A DNA stretch of 64,000 nucleotides from Eledone cirrhosa (Eukaryota): assembly GCA_964016885.1 (NCBI GenBank), contig OZ024746.1, positions 19,282,001-19,346,000 of the forward strand, in the 5' to 3' direction. Below the pieces are notes generated by a model, which was given only the letters and a program-made list of their open reading frames with translations, made no database searches and was not told where the DNA came from. Shown here piece by piece: positions 12,779-27,974 of this stretch (the first letter of the stretch is position 1; each line of letters starts with the position of its first letter). The translations under genes were made by a program, and so were the position numbers.

Positions 12779-15700
12779 ACATACATATATATATATACAT
12801 ACATATACATATATTCATACATATACACATACATATATACATACATATACATACATACATACACATATATATCTACATACATATATATCTACATACATAT
12901 ACATACATATACATATATACATACATATACATACATATATATATATACATACATATACATACATATACATACATATATATATATACATACATATACATAC
13001 ATATATATATATACATACATATACATACATATATATATATACATACATATACATACATATATATATATACATACATATATATATATACATACATACACAT
13101 ACATATATACACATACATATATATATATACATACATACACATACATATATATATATACATACATACACATACATATATACATACATACACATATATATAT
13201 ACATACATACACATACATATATACATACATATACATACATATATATGTATACATACATATACATACATATATATATATACATACATATACATACATATAT
13301 ATATATACATACATATACATATATATATATATATACATACATATACATACATATATATATATACATACATACACATATATATATACATACATATACATAC
13401 ATATATATATATACATACATATACATACATATATATATATATACATACATATACATACATATATATATATACATACATATACATACATATATATATATAC
13501 ATACATACATATATATATACATACATACATATATATATATACATACATACACATACATATATATATATACATACATATACATACATATATATGTATACAT
13601 ACATATACATACATATATATATATACATACATATACATACATATATATATATACATACATATACATACATATATATATATACATACATACACATACATAT
13701 ATATATATACATACATATACATACATATATATATATACATACATATACATACATACATATATATACATACATATACATACATATATATATATACATACAT
13801 ATACATACATACATACATACATATATATACATACATACATATATATACATACATACATATATATACATACATACACATATATACATACATACACATATAT
13901 ATACATACATACACATATATATATATACATACATACACATATATATATATACATACATACACATATATATATATACATACATACACATATATATATATAC
14001 ATACATACACATATATATATATACATACATACACATATATATATATACATACATACACATATATATATATACATACATACACATATATATATATACATAC
14101 ATACACATATATATATATACATACATACACATATATATACATACATACATACACATATATATACATACATACATACACATATATATACATACATACACAT
14201 ATATATATATACATACATACACATATATATATATACATACATACACATATATATATATACATACATACACATATATATATATACATACATACACATATAT
14301 ATATATACATACATACACATATATATATATACATACATACACATATATATATATACATACATACACATATATATATATACATACATACACATATATATAT
14401 ATATACATACATACACATATATATATATATACATACATACACATATATATATATACATACATACACATATATATATATACATACATACACATATATATAT
14501 ATACATACATACACATATATATATATACATACATACACATATATATATATACATACATACACATATATATATATACATACATACACATATATATATATAC
14601 ATACATACACATATATATATATACATACATACACATATATATATATATACATACATACACATATATATATATATACATACATACACATATATATATATAT
14701 ACATACATACACATATATATATATATACATACATACACATATATATATATATACATACATACACATATATATATATATACATACATACACATATATATAT
14801 ATACATACATACACATATATATATATATACATACATACACATATATATATATATATACATACATACACATATATATATATATATACATACATACACATAT
14901 ATATATATATATACATACACATATATATATATATACATACATACACATATATATACATACATACACATATATATACATACATACACATATATATATATAT
15001 ACATACACATATATATATATATACATACACATATATATATATATACATACATACACATATATATACATACATACACATATATATATATATACATACACAT
15101 ATATATATATATACATACATACACATATATATATATATACATACATACACATATATATATATATACATACATACACATATATATATATATACATACATAC
15201 ACATATATATATATATATACATACATACACATATATATATATATATACATACATACACATATATATATACATACATACACATATATATATATATATACAT
15301 ACATACACATATATATATACATACATACACATATATATATATATATACATACATACACATATATATATATATACATACATACACATATATATATATATAT
15401 ACATACATACACATATATATATATATACATACATACACATATATATATATATACATACATACACATATATATATATATACATACATACACATATATATAT
15501 ATACATACATACACATATATATATATATACATACATACACATATATATATATATATACATACATACACATATATATATATATACATACATACACATATAT
15601 ATATATATACATACATACACATATATATATATATACATACATACACATATATATATATATACATACATACACATATATATATATATACATACATACACAT

Positions 15701-16212
15701 ATATATATATATACATACATACACATATATATATATATACATACATACACATATATATATATATACATACATACACATATATATATATATACATACATAC
15801 ACATATATATATATATACATACATACACATATATATATATATACATACATACACATATATATATATACATACATACACATATATATATATATACATACAT
15901 ACACATATATATATATATACATACATACACATATATATATATACATACATACACATATATATATATATACATACATACACATATATATATATATACATAC
16001 ATACACATATATATATATACATACATACACATATATATATATATATACATACATACACATATATATATATATACATACACATATATATATATATATATAC
16101 ATACATATATATATATATATACATATATAAACATACATACACATATATATATATACATACATAAACATACATACACATATATATATATACATACATACAC
16201 ATATATATATAT

Positions 16213-16623
16213 TGGACCGAGACCTTTGGCGGTACTCAGTAACAGAGAAGACCCGCCTTGCCAGTAGGCATCTCTAACAAAATACACCCCGTCCCACCAC
16301 CTCCACCCCATCCACACCACCCCGTTCTATGTAAAGTTGTGTTGGTGCCACACCATCCAGGCCGAAACAAATGAGATCGTGTAGGTGTCACGACAAAAAA
16401 ACACACAGTCCACGCTGTAATGTGGCCGTGTAGGCAACACGGTGAAAACCTCCCAGACCCACACTGTAAATGTGGTTGGTGTTAGGAAGGGCATCCAACT
16501 GTAGAAAACCTGCCAGACAGTCCTATGCGAGCAAGACAATCACTCTTGCCTCAAGTGGGACTACCCCCGTCCAAACCCATGCAAGCGTGGAACACGGATG
16601 TTAAACGTTGATGATGATGATGA
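16213..16623 (+). mobile_element. RTE-related 3' UTR or SINE tail with (GAT)n
   Basis: gttggtgttaggaagggcatcc block shared in inverted orientation with 19105-19150. Ends gttgatgatgatga. Confidence 0.7.
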
Positions 16624-16960
16624 CATACATACATATATATATATATACATACATACACATATATATATACATACATACACATATATACATATATATACAT
16701 ACATACACATATATATACATACATATATATATATACATACACATATATATATATACATACATATACATATATATATACACATACATATACATATATACAT
16801 ACATATACACATACATATATATATACATACACATACATACACATACATACATATATATATATATACATATATACATACATATATATATATATACATACAT
16901 ATATATATATATATACATACATATATATATATATATACATACATATATATATATATATAC

Positions 16961-16993
<33 letters not shown>

Positions 16994-17002
16994 CATACAT
17001 AC

Positions 17003-17035
<33 letters not shown>

Positions 17036-17040
17036 CATAC

Positions 17041-17074
<34 letters not shown>

Positions 17075-17120
17075 ATATACATACATACATACATATATAT
17101 ACATACATACATACATATAT

Positions 17121-17170
<50 letters not shown>

Positions 17171-17414
17171 ATATATACATACATATATATATATATATAT
17201 ACATACATATATATATATATATATACATACATATATATATATATATATACATACATATATATATATATATATACATACATACATATATATATATATACAT
17301 ACATATATACATACATATATATATATATACATACATATATATATATATATACATACATATATATATATATATACATACATATATATATATATATACATAC
17401 ATATATATATATAT

Positions 17415-17445
<31 letters not shown>

Positions 17446-17486
17446 CATACATATATATATATATATACATACATATATATATATAT

Positions 17487-17517
<31 letters not shown>

Positions 17518-17606
17518 CATACATATATATATATATATATATACATACATACATATATATATATACATACATACATACATATATATACATACATACATAT
17601 ATATAC

Positions 17607-17637
<31 letters not shown>

Positions 17638-18986
17638 CATATATATATATATATATACATACATACATATATATATACATACATACATACATATATATAT
17701 ACATACATACATATACATATACATACATATACATACATACATATACATACATACATACATACACATACATATACATATACATACATACATATATACATAC
17801 ATATACATACATATATATATACATACATATACATACATATATATATACATACATACACATATATATACATACATATATATATACATACATATACATACAT
17901 ATATATATACATACATATACATACATATATATATACATACATATACATACATATATATATACATACATATACATACATATACATATATATATATACATAC
18001 ATATACATACATATACATATATATATATACATACATACATACATACATATATATATATACATACATATACATACATATATATATACATACATATATATAT
18101 ATACATACATATACATACATATATATATACATACATATATATATATACATACATATACATACATATATATATATACATACATACATATATATATACATAC
18201 ATATATATATATACATACATATACATACATATATATATACATACATATATATATATACATACATATACATACATATATATATACATACATACATATATAC
18301 ATACATACATATATATATACATACATATACATACATATATATATACATACATATACATACATATATATATACATACATATACATACATATATATATACAT
18401 ACATATACATACATATATATATACATACATATACATACATATATATATACATACATACATATACATACATATATATATACATACATATACATACATATAT
18501 ATATACATACATATACATACATACATATATACATACATATACATACATATATATATACATACATACATACATATATATATACATACATATATATATACAT
18601 ACATATACACATACATATACATACATATATATATACATACATATACATACATATATATATACATATATATACATATACATACATATATATATACATATAT
18701 ATATACATACATATACATACATATATATATACATATATATATACATATATATATACATACATATACATACATATACATATATATATACATACATATACAT
18801 ACATATACATATATATATACATACATATACATACATATACATATATATATATACATACATATACATACATATACATATATATATATACATACATATACAT
18901 ACATATATATATACATACATATATATATACATACATATACATATATACATACATATACATACATATATATATATATATACATACAT

Positions 18987-19697
18987 TCATCATCATCGTT
19001 TTACGTCCGTTCTTCCACGTTAGCATGGGTTAGACGGGTTGTCCTGTTGTGGGCAGTGTCTGGTTGGCTGACCATGCCTTGCTCATACAGGAACTGTTTT
19101 GGCTTGATTTCTACAGCTGGATGCCCTTCCTAACACCAACCTCATTTACAGTGAGTGCTGGGTGCTTTTTCGTGGCACCTACACATCCACTTTACAGTGT
19201 GGGCTGGGTGCTTTTTTGCCATGGCACCTCCACGACCAACTTGCGGTGGGGGGTGTGGGGGTATATTGTCTATATGCTTCAGCTTGTACCAATGGGAGGT
19301 CGGGTACTCTGTATTACTGCGTGACGCCAGAGGTCACGGTCGTGTGTCATTGCCTTTGAGAGGTGTAATTGGGTAAGGTCGGCTTTTATCACCTCATTCC
19401 AGGTCTTCTTGGGTCTCCCCACTCCGCGGTTTCCATTGACTTCTAGTACTCTGCACCTTTTTATGCAGCTGTCATCCTTCATACGCATCACATGTCCATA
19501 CGAACGCAACCGCCTCTCCTGCACACAGCATTTGATTCCTCTTATACTCAGTCTCTCTCTCAATTCATTTATGCTTTGCCGTTCGCGTATATTTCTATTA
19601 CACATCCATCGGAGCATGCAGACTTCGTTTCTCTCTAATCTACGTAAGTCTTCCACCTTCAGCGCCTAGGTCTCACTACCATGTAACATTGCTGTAC
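18987..19697 (-). mobile_element. RTE-clade LINE 3' fragment with 3' UTR and (GAT)n tail
   Basis: ERRLRSYGHVMR...GRPKKTW, tail atgatgatga on the minus strand. Confidence 0.85.
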
Positions 19698-19702
19698 ATA
19701 TG

Positions 19703-19733
<31 letters not shown>

Positions 19734-19959
19734 GGCCCCCCCCAAACTTGAACTGCAAGGCCCTACAAGGCCCTACAAGGTCTAAATCTGGTCCAGGTCT
19801 GAAGAACAGATGAGATGGTTATAACTTATAAAGACGTTGATTAAGAGAAAAAAAAAACGAATGAATGATTAGGAAAAAAATGAAAATTATGACAGACATA
19901 ACTTCAGAAGTGTTTTAAATGTAAGTATATTTAAAGAAAAGTCCGTAATGATGTCTTAC

Positions 19960-20057
19960 CATCTTGGTTTAAAACATCAAAAGTGTACATGTGGCCCTTG
20001 TGCAACACAAGTAAATAACGACTGGAGGGATTGGTGTAAAGTTCATCTTTACCTTGC
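19960..20057 (-). CDS. CPT2: CPT2 exon 8 (QGKDELYTNPSSRYLLVLHKGHMYTFDVLNQD)
   Basis: Homologous to DELFT...[20 protein letters not shown]. AG/GT boundaries, 98 nt. Confidence 0.95.
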
Positions 20058-20848
20058 CTGTTTCAAGACAAACAATGGAAATATATAAATGAACATTTCT
20101 AAACTTTTTAATCAATAAAAAATGTTAAATACTTGTATTATTGAGAGCAGTGGATTGGCAGTAATTGGTAGGGCATTGGAAAACATTCTTTGCGGCATAG
20201 AGTTATGGCTCTTTACGTTCTGAGTCGAAATCTTTCTGAGGATGGGGGGATAACAAAGTACCAGTAATGCACTGGGTCGATTTAATCGACTTTCCTTCCT
20301 TGTGCCTAAATAAGAAATCATTATTAGCAACATTGGTGGATTGGCAGTATCGGTAGAGGGTTGGACGCCATGCATTGAAGCATAGAGTTACGCCCCTTTA
20401 TGATCCGAGTTCAAATCCTGCCAAGGTTAACTTTGCCTTTCGTCCTTACAGGGTCGATAAAATAAAGTACCAGTAATACACTGGGATAATTGCTGGCCTT
20501 GTGCCAAAAATAGAAACAATTATTATGGGGTCGATAAAATAAAATACCAGTAATGCACTGGTGTCAATTTAATCGACTTCCCCCCCAAAAAAAAATTGTT
20601 GGTCTTGTGCCTAAATCAGAAACCATCATTTTATTCTTTATAGTTCAGGCCAACATTTATGAGCCCCAGGAATGCTTTCAGGGTCAGGGCAAATATAACA
20701 AATCAAGAAGGAAGGTAATGTTCTGAAATAATTGTTGTTGGTTTGAAATATGCTTCATATTTGTGTTATACAGGTTTAGCTTGACCAGCTCAAGTACTGC
20801 AGTCACTACTGACATACACACACAATACACACATACATTGGCACTTAC

Positions 20849-20953
20849 TTGGGAACTCTGGTAGACTTAAATAAATTCTTGTATTGACTCATATCCAAAG
20901 GATAAGCATTATACATGTAGGCACCATACCATGACACGGCCTCAGGTAACCAC
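20849..20953 (-). CDS. CPT2: CPT2 exon 7 ([34 protein letters not shown])
   Basis: [16 protein letters not shown] motif, donor GTAAGT, 105 nt. Confidence 0.96.
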
Positions 20954-21058
20954 CTATGAATAAAAATTAAATTAAAAAATCAGATACAATACACTTCATT
21001 AAAACAAAACTGTTAAAGAATATCAATAGGAAACATTATTAATGTGCAATTGTGGATT

Positions 21059-21250
21059 GGGCGGTGGATTGGCAGTATCGGTAGAGGGTCGGACGCCATG
21101 CTTTCCAGCATAGTTACGTCCCTTTACGATCCGAGTTCAAATCCCGCCGAGGTTAACTTTGCCTTTCATCCTTACGGGGTTGATAAAATGAAGTACCAGT
21201 AATGCACTGGGTAATTGCTGGCCTTGTGCCTAAAGTAGAAACAATTATTA
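21059..21250 (+). mobile_element. tRNA-derived SINE family A (~190 bp). Other copies: ~20147-20320, 20334-20524, 24674-24860, 35010-35224, 37516-37702, 39290-39590, 42892-43078, 46458-46830 (+) and 38349-38535, 47011-47380 (-)
   Basis: A-box-like TGGCAGTATCGG, B-box GAGTTCAAATCC, central GCCTTTCATCC...GGGGTCGATAAAATAAAGTACC and (ATT) tail. Confidence 0.9.
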
Positions 21251-21697
21251 ATATGCAATTGGTAATATATAGAAAGGAGGCAAGTTGGCAGAGTCGTTAG
21301 AACATTGGATAGAATGCTTTGTGGTATTCATTTCAGCTCTCTACTTTCTGAGTTCAAGTCCTGTCAAGGTCAACTTTTGCTTTTCATCCATTCAAGGACA
21401 ATAAAAAAAAGTACCAGTCTAGTACTGGGGGTCAATTCTTCCTCTATATCTCTTTCTCACTTCCTATCTCTCACTATATATCCTTCTCTGGAAGAAATCT
21501 GCTGGGTTCAGACCTGGAGAGGAATGGGCTCTGCCAGGCTTTAAATATGTTAGAAACAGCGTATGTCAATACGGCGCCCCTATGACTAACTCAGTAGTTA
21601 TCATACAATACCATACCAATATATAGAAAGTTACTCTCAATAATAAAAGATGATTGTGATGAAAAATACGATACAGATTAAACAAATTGCTTTAAAC

Positions 21698-23420
21698 CAA
21701 AGGTTCTCAATGGGGGCATATGCACCCCCGGGGTGCGTTTGGGAGCAAGGTCGCGTTAGGGTGGCGTTTAGAGCCTTGGGGGGCGCTGGAAGGCTCTTTA
21801 CTTTGGTAAGTTTTATCAGCCATATTTGTATGTCTTTGAGACAGCCAGTGTGAATGCATTTGAATGAGCATGCAGACAGCATAACTATAGTCTGACCACA
21901 GCTTGGAGCAGGTGTGCAGGTGTGTCTAGACATTAACCGACAATTGTAATCCTAAAAATAGAAAAACTCAGTCAACTGGGTCAAAGACACTTTGAGCACA
22001 GCCAGTTAGAATCTTATCTTTCCTTCACCGATAACAATGTATTTCATGTGTGAAATTATTGACTCAACCGTAATGAGTTAACACTATGTAGATCTATTTT
22101 ATTCCCTATTGTATAAATAATATTACAAATAAAAAAAGAAAAGAAAAAACACAGAAGCGGATAGCACACACATCTAGGACCACATGCAACACATAATCAG
22201 GTAATACAAACATCTAGGACCACATACAACACAATCAGGTAATACATACATCTAGGACCACATACAACACATAATCAGGTAATACATACAGCTGGGACCA
22301 CATGCAATACATAAGCAGGTAATACATACATCTAGGACTACATACAACATACAGGCAGGTAATACATCTAGGACCACATACAACACACATTGTATCATGT
22401 GCTACGGACGATGCAAGAGCAATGGTCAGCCAACATAAGGGTTTCGTCACTCTTCTGAAGAGAGAAAATCTATCTGTATTTTCTGTTCATTGTGTCATTC
22501 ATCGATAACACTTGGCTGCGAAGAAACTCAGCAAGCCGTTGAGCAAGTTCTTGCAGGTGGTCATCAATTTTATCAAACAGCATTCCCTCAATGAACGAAT
22601 TTTCCGGCAACTGTGCCAAGATAATGACGAAGAATTCATCAAGTTGCTCCTTCATACTGAAGTGAGGTGGCTTTCAAAGGGCAAGTTCTTTACTCACTTC
22701 TTTGAACTCTTCAACTATCATTGAGTTTCTGCAAGGACGCAACGCAGAACTGTACAAGAAAACCCCTACGTCACCGACATCTTCGACAAATGCAATAGCA
22801 TCATTTTAGCTTTGCAGGGGAAGAAGATCACCTTGCTTAAAGCAAGGAATGCTGTGAAAACATTCCTGGCCAAATTGAATGTCATCGAAAGGAATCTTTG
22901 TTGACGAGAATTCTATAATTTTTCTAGTGTCGCCAATGTTCAAAACATTGTAAGCGATGACCAACTCCAAATTTATACCACTCACCTCCGTGCACTACAA
23001 GACAACATGAGAGAATGGTTTGTCAACCTTTTGCCGATGGACATTCCAATGTGGATAGCAGATCACTTCATAGCTAATGTCGACAATTTGGATGTTAAAT
23101 TTCAGGAAGAATTCATTGAACTTCAATCAGATGACATGATCAAAATTAGATTTCCCAAAATAGGTGAACCCCTTTTTGGGATGGAAGAGGAAATTCAGCG
23201 TCGATTTCCACATCTACATGCAGAGGCTAAGAGATTTGCTCTGCCTTTTCCAAGCTCATACTTAGTCGAGAGGAGGTTTGATGCTGTTTCCAGACTGCAC
23301 AGTAAGTCTCGCAACCGCTACAATGTAATTACACGTGGAGATCTCTGGCTACATCTTAGGAAAATTCAGCCTCATGTCAAAGAGTTAGCAAGACTCCATG
23401 AAGCTCAAGGGTCCCATTGA
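21698..23420 (+). mobile_element. Decayed hAT (Buster/Charlie-type) DNA transposon
   Basis: TIR-like CAAAGGTTCTCAA at ~21698. Transposase remnants HCVIHR, LLLHTEVRWLSKG, LPFPSSYLVE and terminal QGSH, with stops and frameshifts. Confidence 0.85.
22167..22388. repeat. Minisatellite, ~6 x 36-39 bp inside the hAT remnant
   Basis: catctaggaccacatacaacacataatcaggtaataca units. Confidence 0.9.
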
Positions 23421-25351
23421 AATGAGGTCAAAGTGAAAGTAAGTTGATTTATCCGAAAACTTGGATATGCTATTGTCTCTAAGCTCACAAAGCAGAGGGG
23501 ACATCAGGTTAGATATCAACATTTATTCTGTCCGTTTCATTAAAGGGAAAATTGGAAAGCTTTGAAATGATACAATTGCCACTTTCTTCCAGATAAGAGC
23601 ACTCTTGGGATAGACAGAGTTGCTCTTGTATAAATGTTCAAAATAGCTGGTAATGCCTGGTGGGAATATAACAAATTCAACATTTATGTTCCTTTTTTTC
23701 AAATTTATATATTTCCTTTCAAGGAATGTATTTATACTCTCAGCTGCCTGCAATGGTATCTTTGGAATATTGTTAATTTTTCAGTAATCTACTGATATCA
23801 AAATCAGTAGTATATTGAAAAATGGAAAAATAGGGGAGGGGGGGGGGGGGGGCATTTCGAGATTTCGAGGGACAAATTTGTTTGGCCTAAATGGGTTGAG
23901 AACAAAAAAATAATGTTTTGATAATTGATTAAAAAATAGAAATAAAAATAGAAATAAAAGTAATAAAATAAACAAAAGGCCAGGAGAACTCTTCAGCTAC
24001 TTCCCTTGAGTTGGTGATTTAAACAATAAACGCACCCAGTACACTCTGGAAACTGTTGATGATAGGAAAGACATCAAGACAGACCACTTGTCAAACAAAA
24101 GGCCAGAAAGACTTTCAACTAACCTCTTTAGTGTTGGTAATTAATCATACCCAGTATACTCTGCAAAGAGGTTAGTGATAGGAAAGATATCAAGTTATAA
24201 ACCACCTGGCAGACAAAAGACCAGGAAGACTGTTCAGCTGTGTCAAGGATATGACCTCTCATTGATTGCTTGGTAGTGTGTGGGAAGACATGTATGCAAG
24301 TTGTGGGCTGCCAGCCTGTCTGAGCACTCAGTAGGTTACAGGAACATAAGCAAGATGGTGGTTCTCAGTCCACCATAGGGTCAGTACCACCACTTAGAGT
24401 TGGTACTGACACCATGAAAAAAGTACCACTCATATACTGGGGTTGATTCTTCTCTACATCTCTTTCTCACTTTCTATCCTTCTCTGTAAGGAACCAGCTA
24501 TATTCAAACCTGGAAAGGAGATGGGCTCTGCCAGGTTTTAAAAAATACCCAAGAAACACCATATACTAATAGGGCATCCGTATGGCTATCAGGAGTTACG
24601 GTACCATACAATACCAGATAGAAATAGAAATCAATAAGATAAGCACCAGACAAATGTCTAGGTATTAATATTCGGGGGATTGGCAGTATCGGTAGAGGGT
24701 CGGACGCCATGCTTTGCAGCACAGTTACGTCCCTTTACGGACTGAGTTCAAATCCCGCCGAGGTTAACTTTGCCTTTCATCCTTACGGGGTCGATAAAAT
24801 AAAGTACCAGTAATACACTGAAATAATTGCTGGCCTTGTGCCAAAAGTAGAAACAAATATTTTAATAAAATCTATCAAAGTTTCTGAAATCAGTGCCCAG
24901 CATGACTACAATTTAACCCTTTAGCATTTAAACTGGCTGTATCTGGCTACTCTCACCTTTTTCTATTCAAACTGGCTGCTCATACTGATGTTAAGGTATT
25001 GTTCTCAAAATAAATAACATCAAAATCTCAGATTCGATATTATGTGAGATATTATGTGTGACAAAGCCTTTACCGTGAAAATATAATAGTATATATAGAG
25101 TAATGTAAATGCTACCAGTAAAATAACAGTCTTGGTTATTAGTAATGTAGGTTTTGTGACATAAATATTAGGTGGGACCATAAGTTGTAAATTTATGACA
25201 ATCACTACAGCAAGACCAGACTATCATGTTTATTTAAATGACTGAATCCTATTGAATCTGATATTTTGAGCATGTTTTGTTCAAATGAATCACTGGAACG
25301 TCTTTCATTGGATGGTTGTTACACATGTATCATATCTTCTAAAAGTTACCT

Positions 25352-25463
25352 AACAACAACAATAGCAACTACTACTACTACTACTACTACAATATCAACT
25401 GCTACTACTACTGCTGCTGCTATTACTGCTACTACAACTACTACTACTACCACCACCACTACT
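25352..25463. repeat. (ACT/ACC/GCT)n trinucleotide tract; similar tracts at 41915-41998, 50240-50370 and 29760-29978
   Basis: Seen directly. Confidence 0.9.
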
Positions 25464-25700
25464 ATATCCAAGTCAAAGAGGGAACTTATATGTGGCCATT
25501 CCTTATGCTAGAAATACCAGCCAAATCACCTTTAAATCACAACCTACCATCTTAAAGAAAGGATATATATATACACTAACCTGAGAAAAAAGATGGGACA
25601 GTCTTTGATGACAGTGGTTACTGTTACAATATTAATAATAAATATTAACACTTTAATTTCAATAACAATAGCTAGATTAACCACCACCACCACCACTATA

Positions 25701-25738
<38 letters not shown>

Positions 25739-26219
25739 TTAATAATCTCCCATTACGTTGAGATGCAATTTGGGCAATATTGGGCTGCGCTTTCTAGCAA
25801 CCAGCCCACTCGCTGTAAGCAACTAATCATATTCTTTCTAACTTGACCACTGCCACATCATGATTCTTAGCCATTTTTTAATCTATTTCTGGCGGGGATC
25901 GCTTTGGAAAATTACCTGTCCTATGAGTGTCTCCTGGTGAGTTCGAAACTCGAGATTTTATCCTTATTAGGATATCTCAAAACACGAACGAAACCCCAGG
26001 GTAGGGACATAATCATGGTAAGAGTGTACGCATTTCTTCTAACTTTAAATTTATACCTAATCGTGTATGGTTGACGATATATTTAGTCGATTTCTACATG
26101 CTGTTGAAATTTTGGGTAAATATTCTATTGCGGTCGGCCGTGAAGAGGCTGCTGTCGTTTATTTATCAAATATTTCTTCATAGGAGCCTTTATTCTTATA
26201 GCCTGGTCTAATTGATTTT

Positions 26220-27080
26220 TTATGTGGTTAATTATGCTAATTCCAAACCTGGAAGCATGGCCTAGAAACAAAGGGTCTTAAAGTCAACCTGACAAAAACT
26301 AAGGTTATAGTAAATAGAAGGGAAATCAGAGCCATGATCCCCTTGGGGAAATGGCCTTGCTCAGTGTATAGGAAAGGTGTAGGTAGAAATTCCATCTACT
26401 GTCCCAAATGTAAACTATGGGTACACAAGAGATGTAGTGGGATCTCAGGTAGTTAAGCTAAGAATATAGTTGTTACATGAAGCTGTTGCACTGGAGTAGT
26501 AAGTAGCAAACGACCACAGGAAACCAGCTCTATCAAATTCTGGGAAGGTTCGGTAGAAGGTGGATATTCTGAAAGTACAGAAACCAGAGTGATGATGGGA
26601 TGAAAGAAGTTCAGGGAGCTACTACCACTGCTAGCTACAAAAAGCTTTTTCCTCAAAATTAAAGGTAGATTGTATGACACATGCATACGAGCAGCAATGT
26701 TGCATGGTAGTGAGGCCTAAGTGCTGTGTGCAGAGGACTTATGAAGATTAGAAAGAAATGAAGCTTGCATGCTTTGATGGATGTGTAATAGTAATATACG
26801 TGAATGGCAAATCATAAACAAACATAGAGAAACTAGGTATAACAGGAATCAGATAGAGTGTGCAGGATAGGAGATTGCGTTGGTATGGACATGTGATGCA
26901 TATGAAGGGTGACAGTAGTATAAAAAGATGCAGAGCGCTCAAAGTTGATGGAAACTATGAAATAGGAAAACCCAAGAAGACTTAGGATGAGATGATAAAA
27001 TCTGACCTTGCACAATTTCACCTTTCAAATGACACAGGACCAGGATCTCTGGCATTATGCAGTAATACAGAAGACCCACC
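26220..27080 (+). mobile_element. Decayed RTE-clade LINE fragment
   Basis: KGRLYDTCIRAAMLHGSE and RRLRWYGHVM remnants. Confidence 0.75.
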
Positions 27081-27349
27081 TTCCCATGAGCACAGGCTGA
27101 AGCATACATATAGTATTTACCTCTACCCCTCCTCCCATACACCTTCCATGAGCACAGGCTGAAGCATCCATCTGGTATGCACCTTCACCTTCATCCCCAC
27201 CTCGGGGAATGTCTCTCTGCCGACCACTGGATGCTGGTCCCTGTCCTCTGTCATTGATAGCATTTGGCTGTTTTAGCAATGAGTTTTCTCATTTTTATAT
27301 GAATTCAAATACACTTTCACTTTACCTCGATCGGAGACAACAATGTTTA

Positions 27350-27397
<48 letters not shown>

Positions 27398-27672
27398 AAA
27401 CATGAGAAGAAAGAAGAATACTGCGTGGTTGCACATGGGTTACATATGATAAAATTAGTCCTTCGCCAATGATTTGCCAACCATCATTGATATTTCATCG
27501 CATTAAAAATCATATACCTCAGGTTGGTGCGAGCAATAACTAAAAAAAGTTATTGGGACCAGTAAATCGCGTAAAGCGAGGGGGACAAGTAAACACCATA
27601 GAAGGATAAAAGCAAACCAATGATAGGAAAATAAACAAGCAACATGGTTGTCCGGTCAACAAAAGCTGGGTG

Positions 27673-27710
<38 letters not shown>

Positions 27711-27713
27711 TGT

Positions 27714-27968
27714 TATACTCGGAGAGGGTCATATTGTTGTAATAATATTGCCAGAAATAATAACAGAACACACTCACTGTTTGGTTGGTTTTTGCTTCTG
27801 TATCTTTTATATCTCCATAGTTAATTTATTTGGCAATCAATGTTTATCATTGACTGACTAACGGTTAAAAATACAGATATAAATATACATATAGTCTATC
27901 AAAGTTCTCTCGTTGCACATCTGCAACATCATCAGTGGTACTATTATCATGTTCCCTCCTGTTGTATT
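27714..27968. repeat. Left arm of a long inverted repeat (partner at 33699-33778 plus 34078-34459)
   Basis: Reverse-complement match seen directly. The ORF track shows the same peptide ILPEIITE.THCLVGF.FCIFYISIVNLFGN on opposite strands. Confidence 0.9.
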
Positions 27969-27974
27969 GTAATG

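Noticed and set aside
20334-20524. tRNA genes suggested by A/B boxes
   Set aside because: These are SINE heads with no cloverleaf, followed by the SINE core and tail, some with TSDs.
23893-23903. Right TIR of the hAT element (gggttgagaac)
   Set aside because: Only a partial match with no 8-bp TSD, so the element end was left at the transposase stop.
25736-26220. Unique-looking, CpG-richer segment after a (TA)n run
   Set aside because: No ORF, ribozyme core or terminal structure that I could support. Probably an old repeat fragment.
27476-27537. Hammerhead-like motif on the minus strand in a TA-bounded island (ccaac-CTGAGGT...GAAA...gttgg)
   Set aside because: Core mismatch (CUGAGGU), poor stems II and III, no UH triplet. 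At best a decayed relic.
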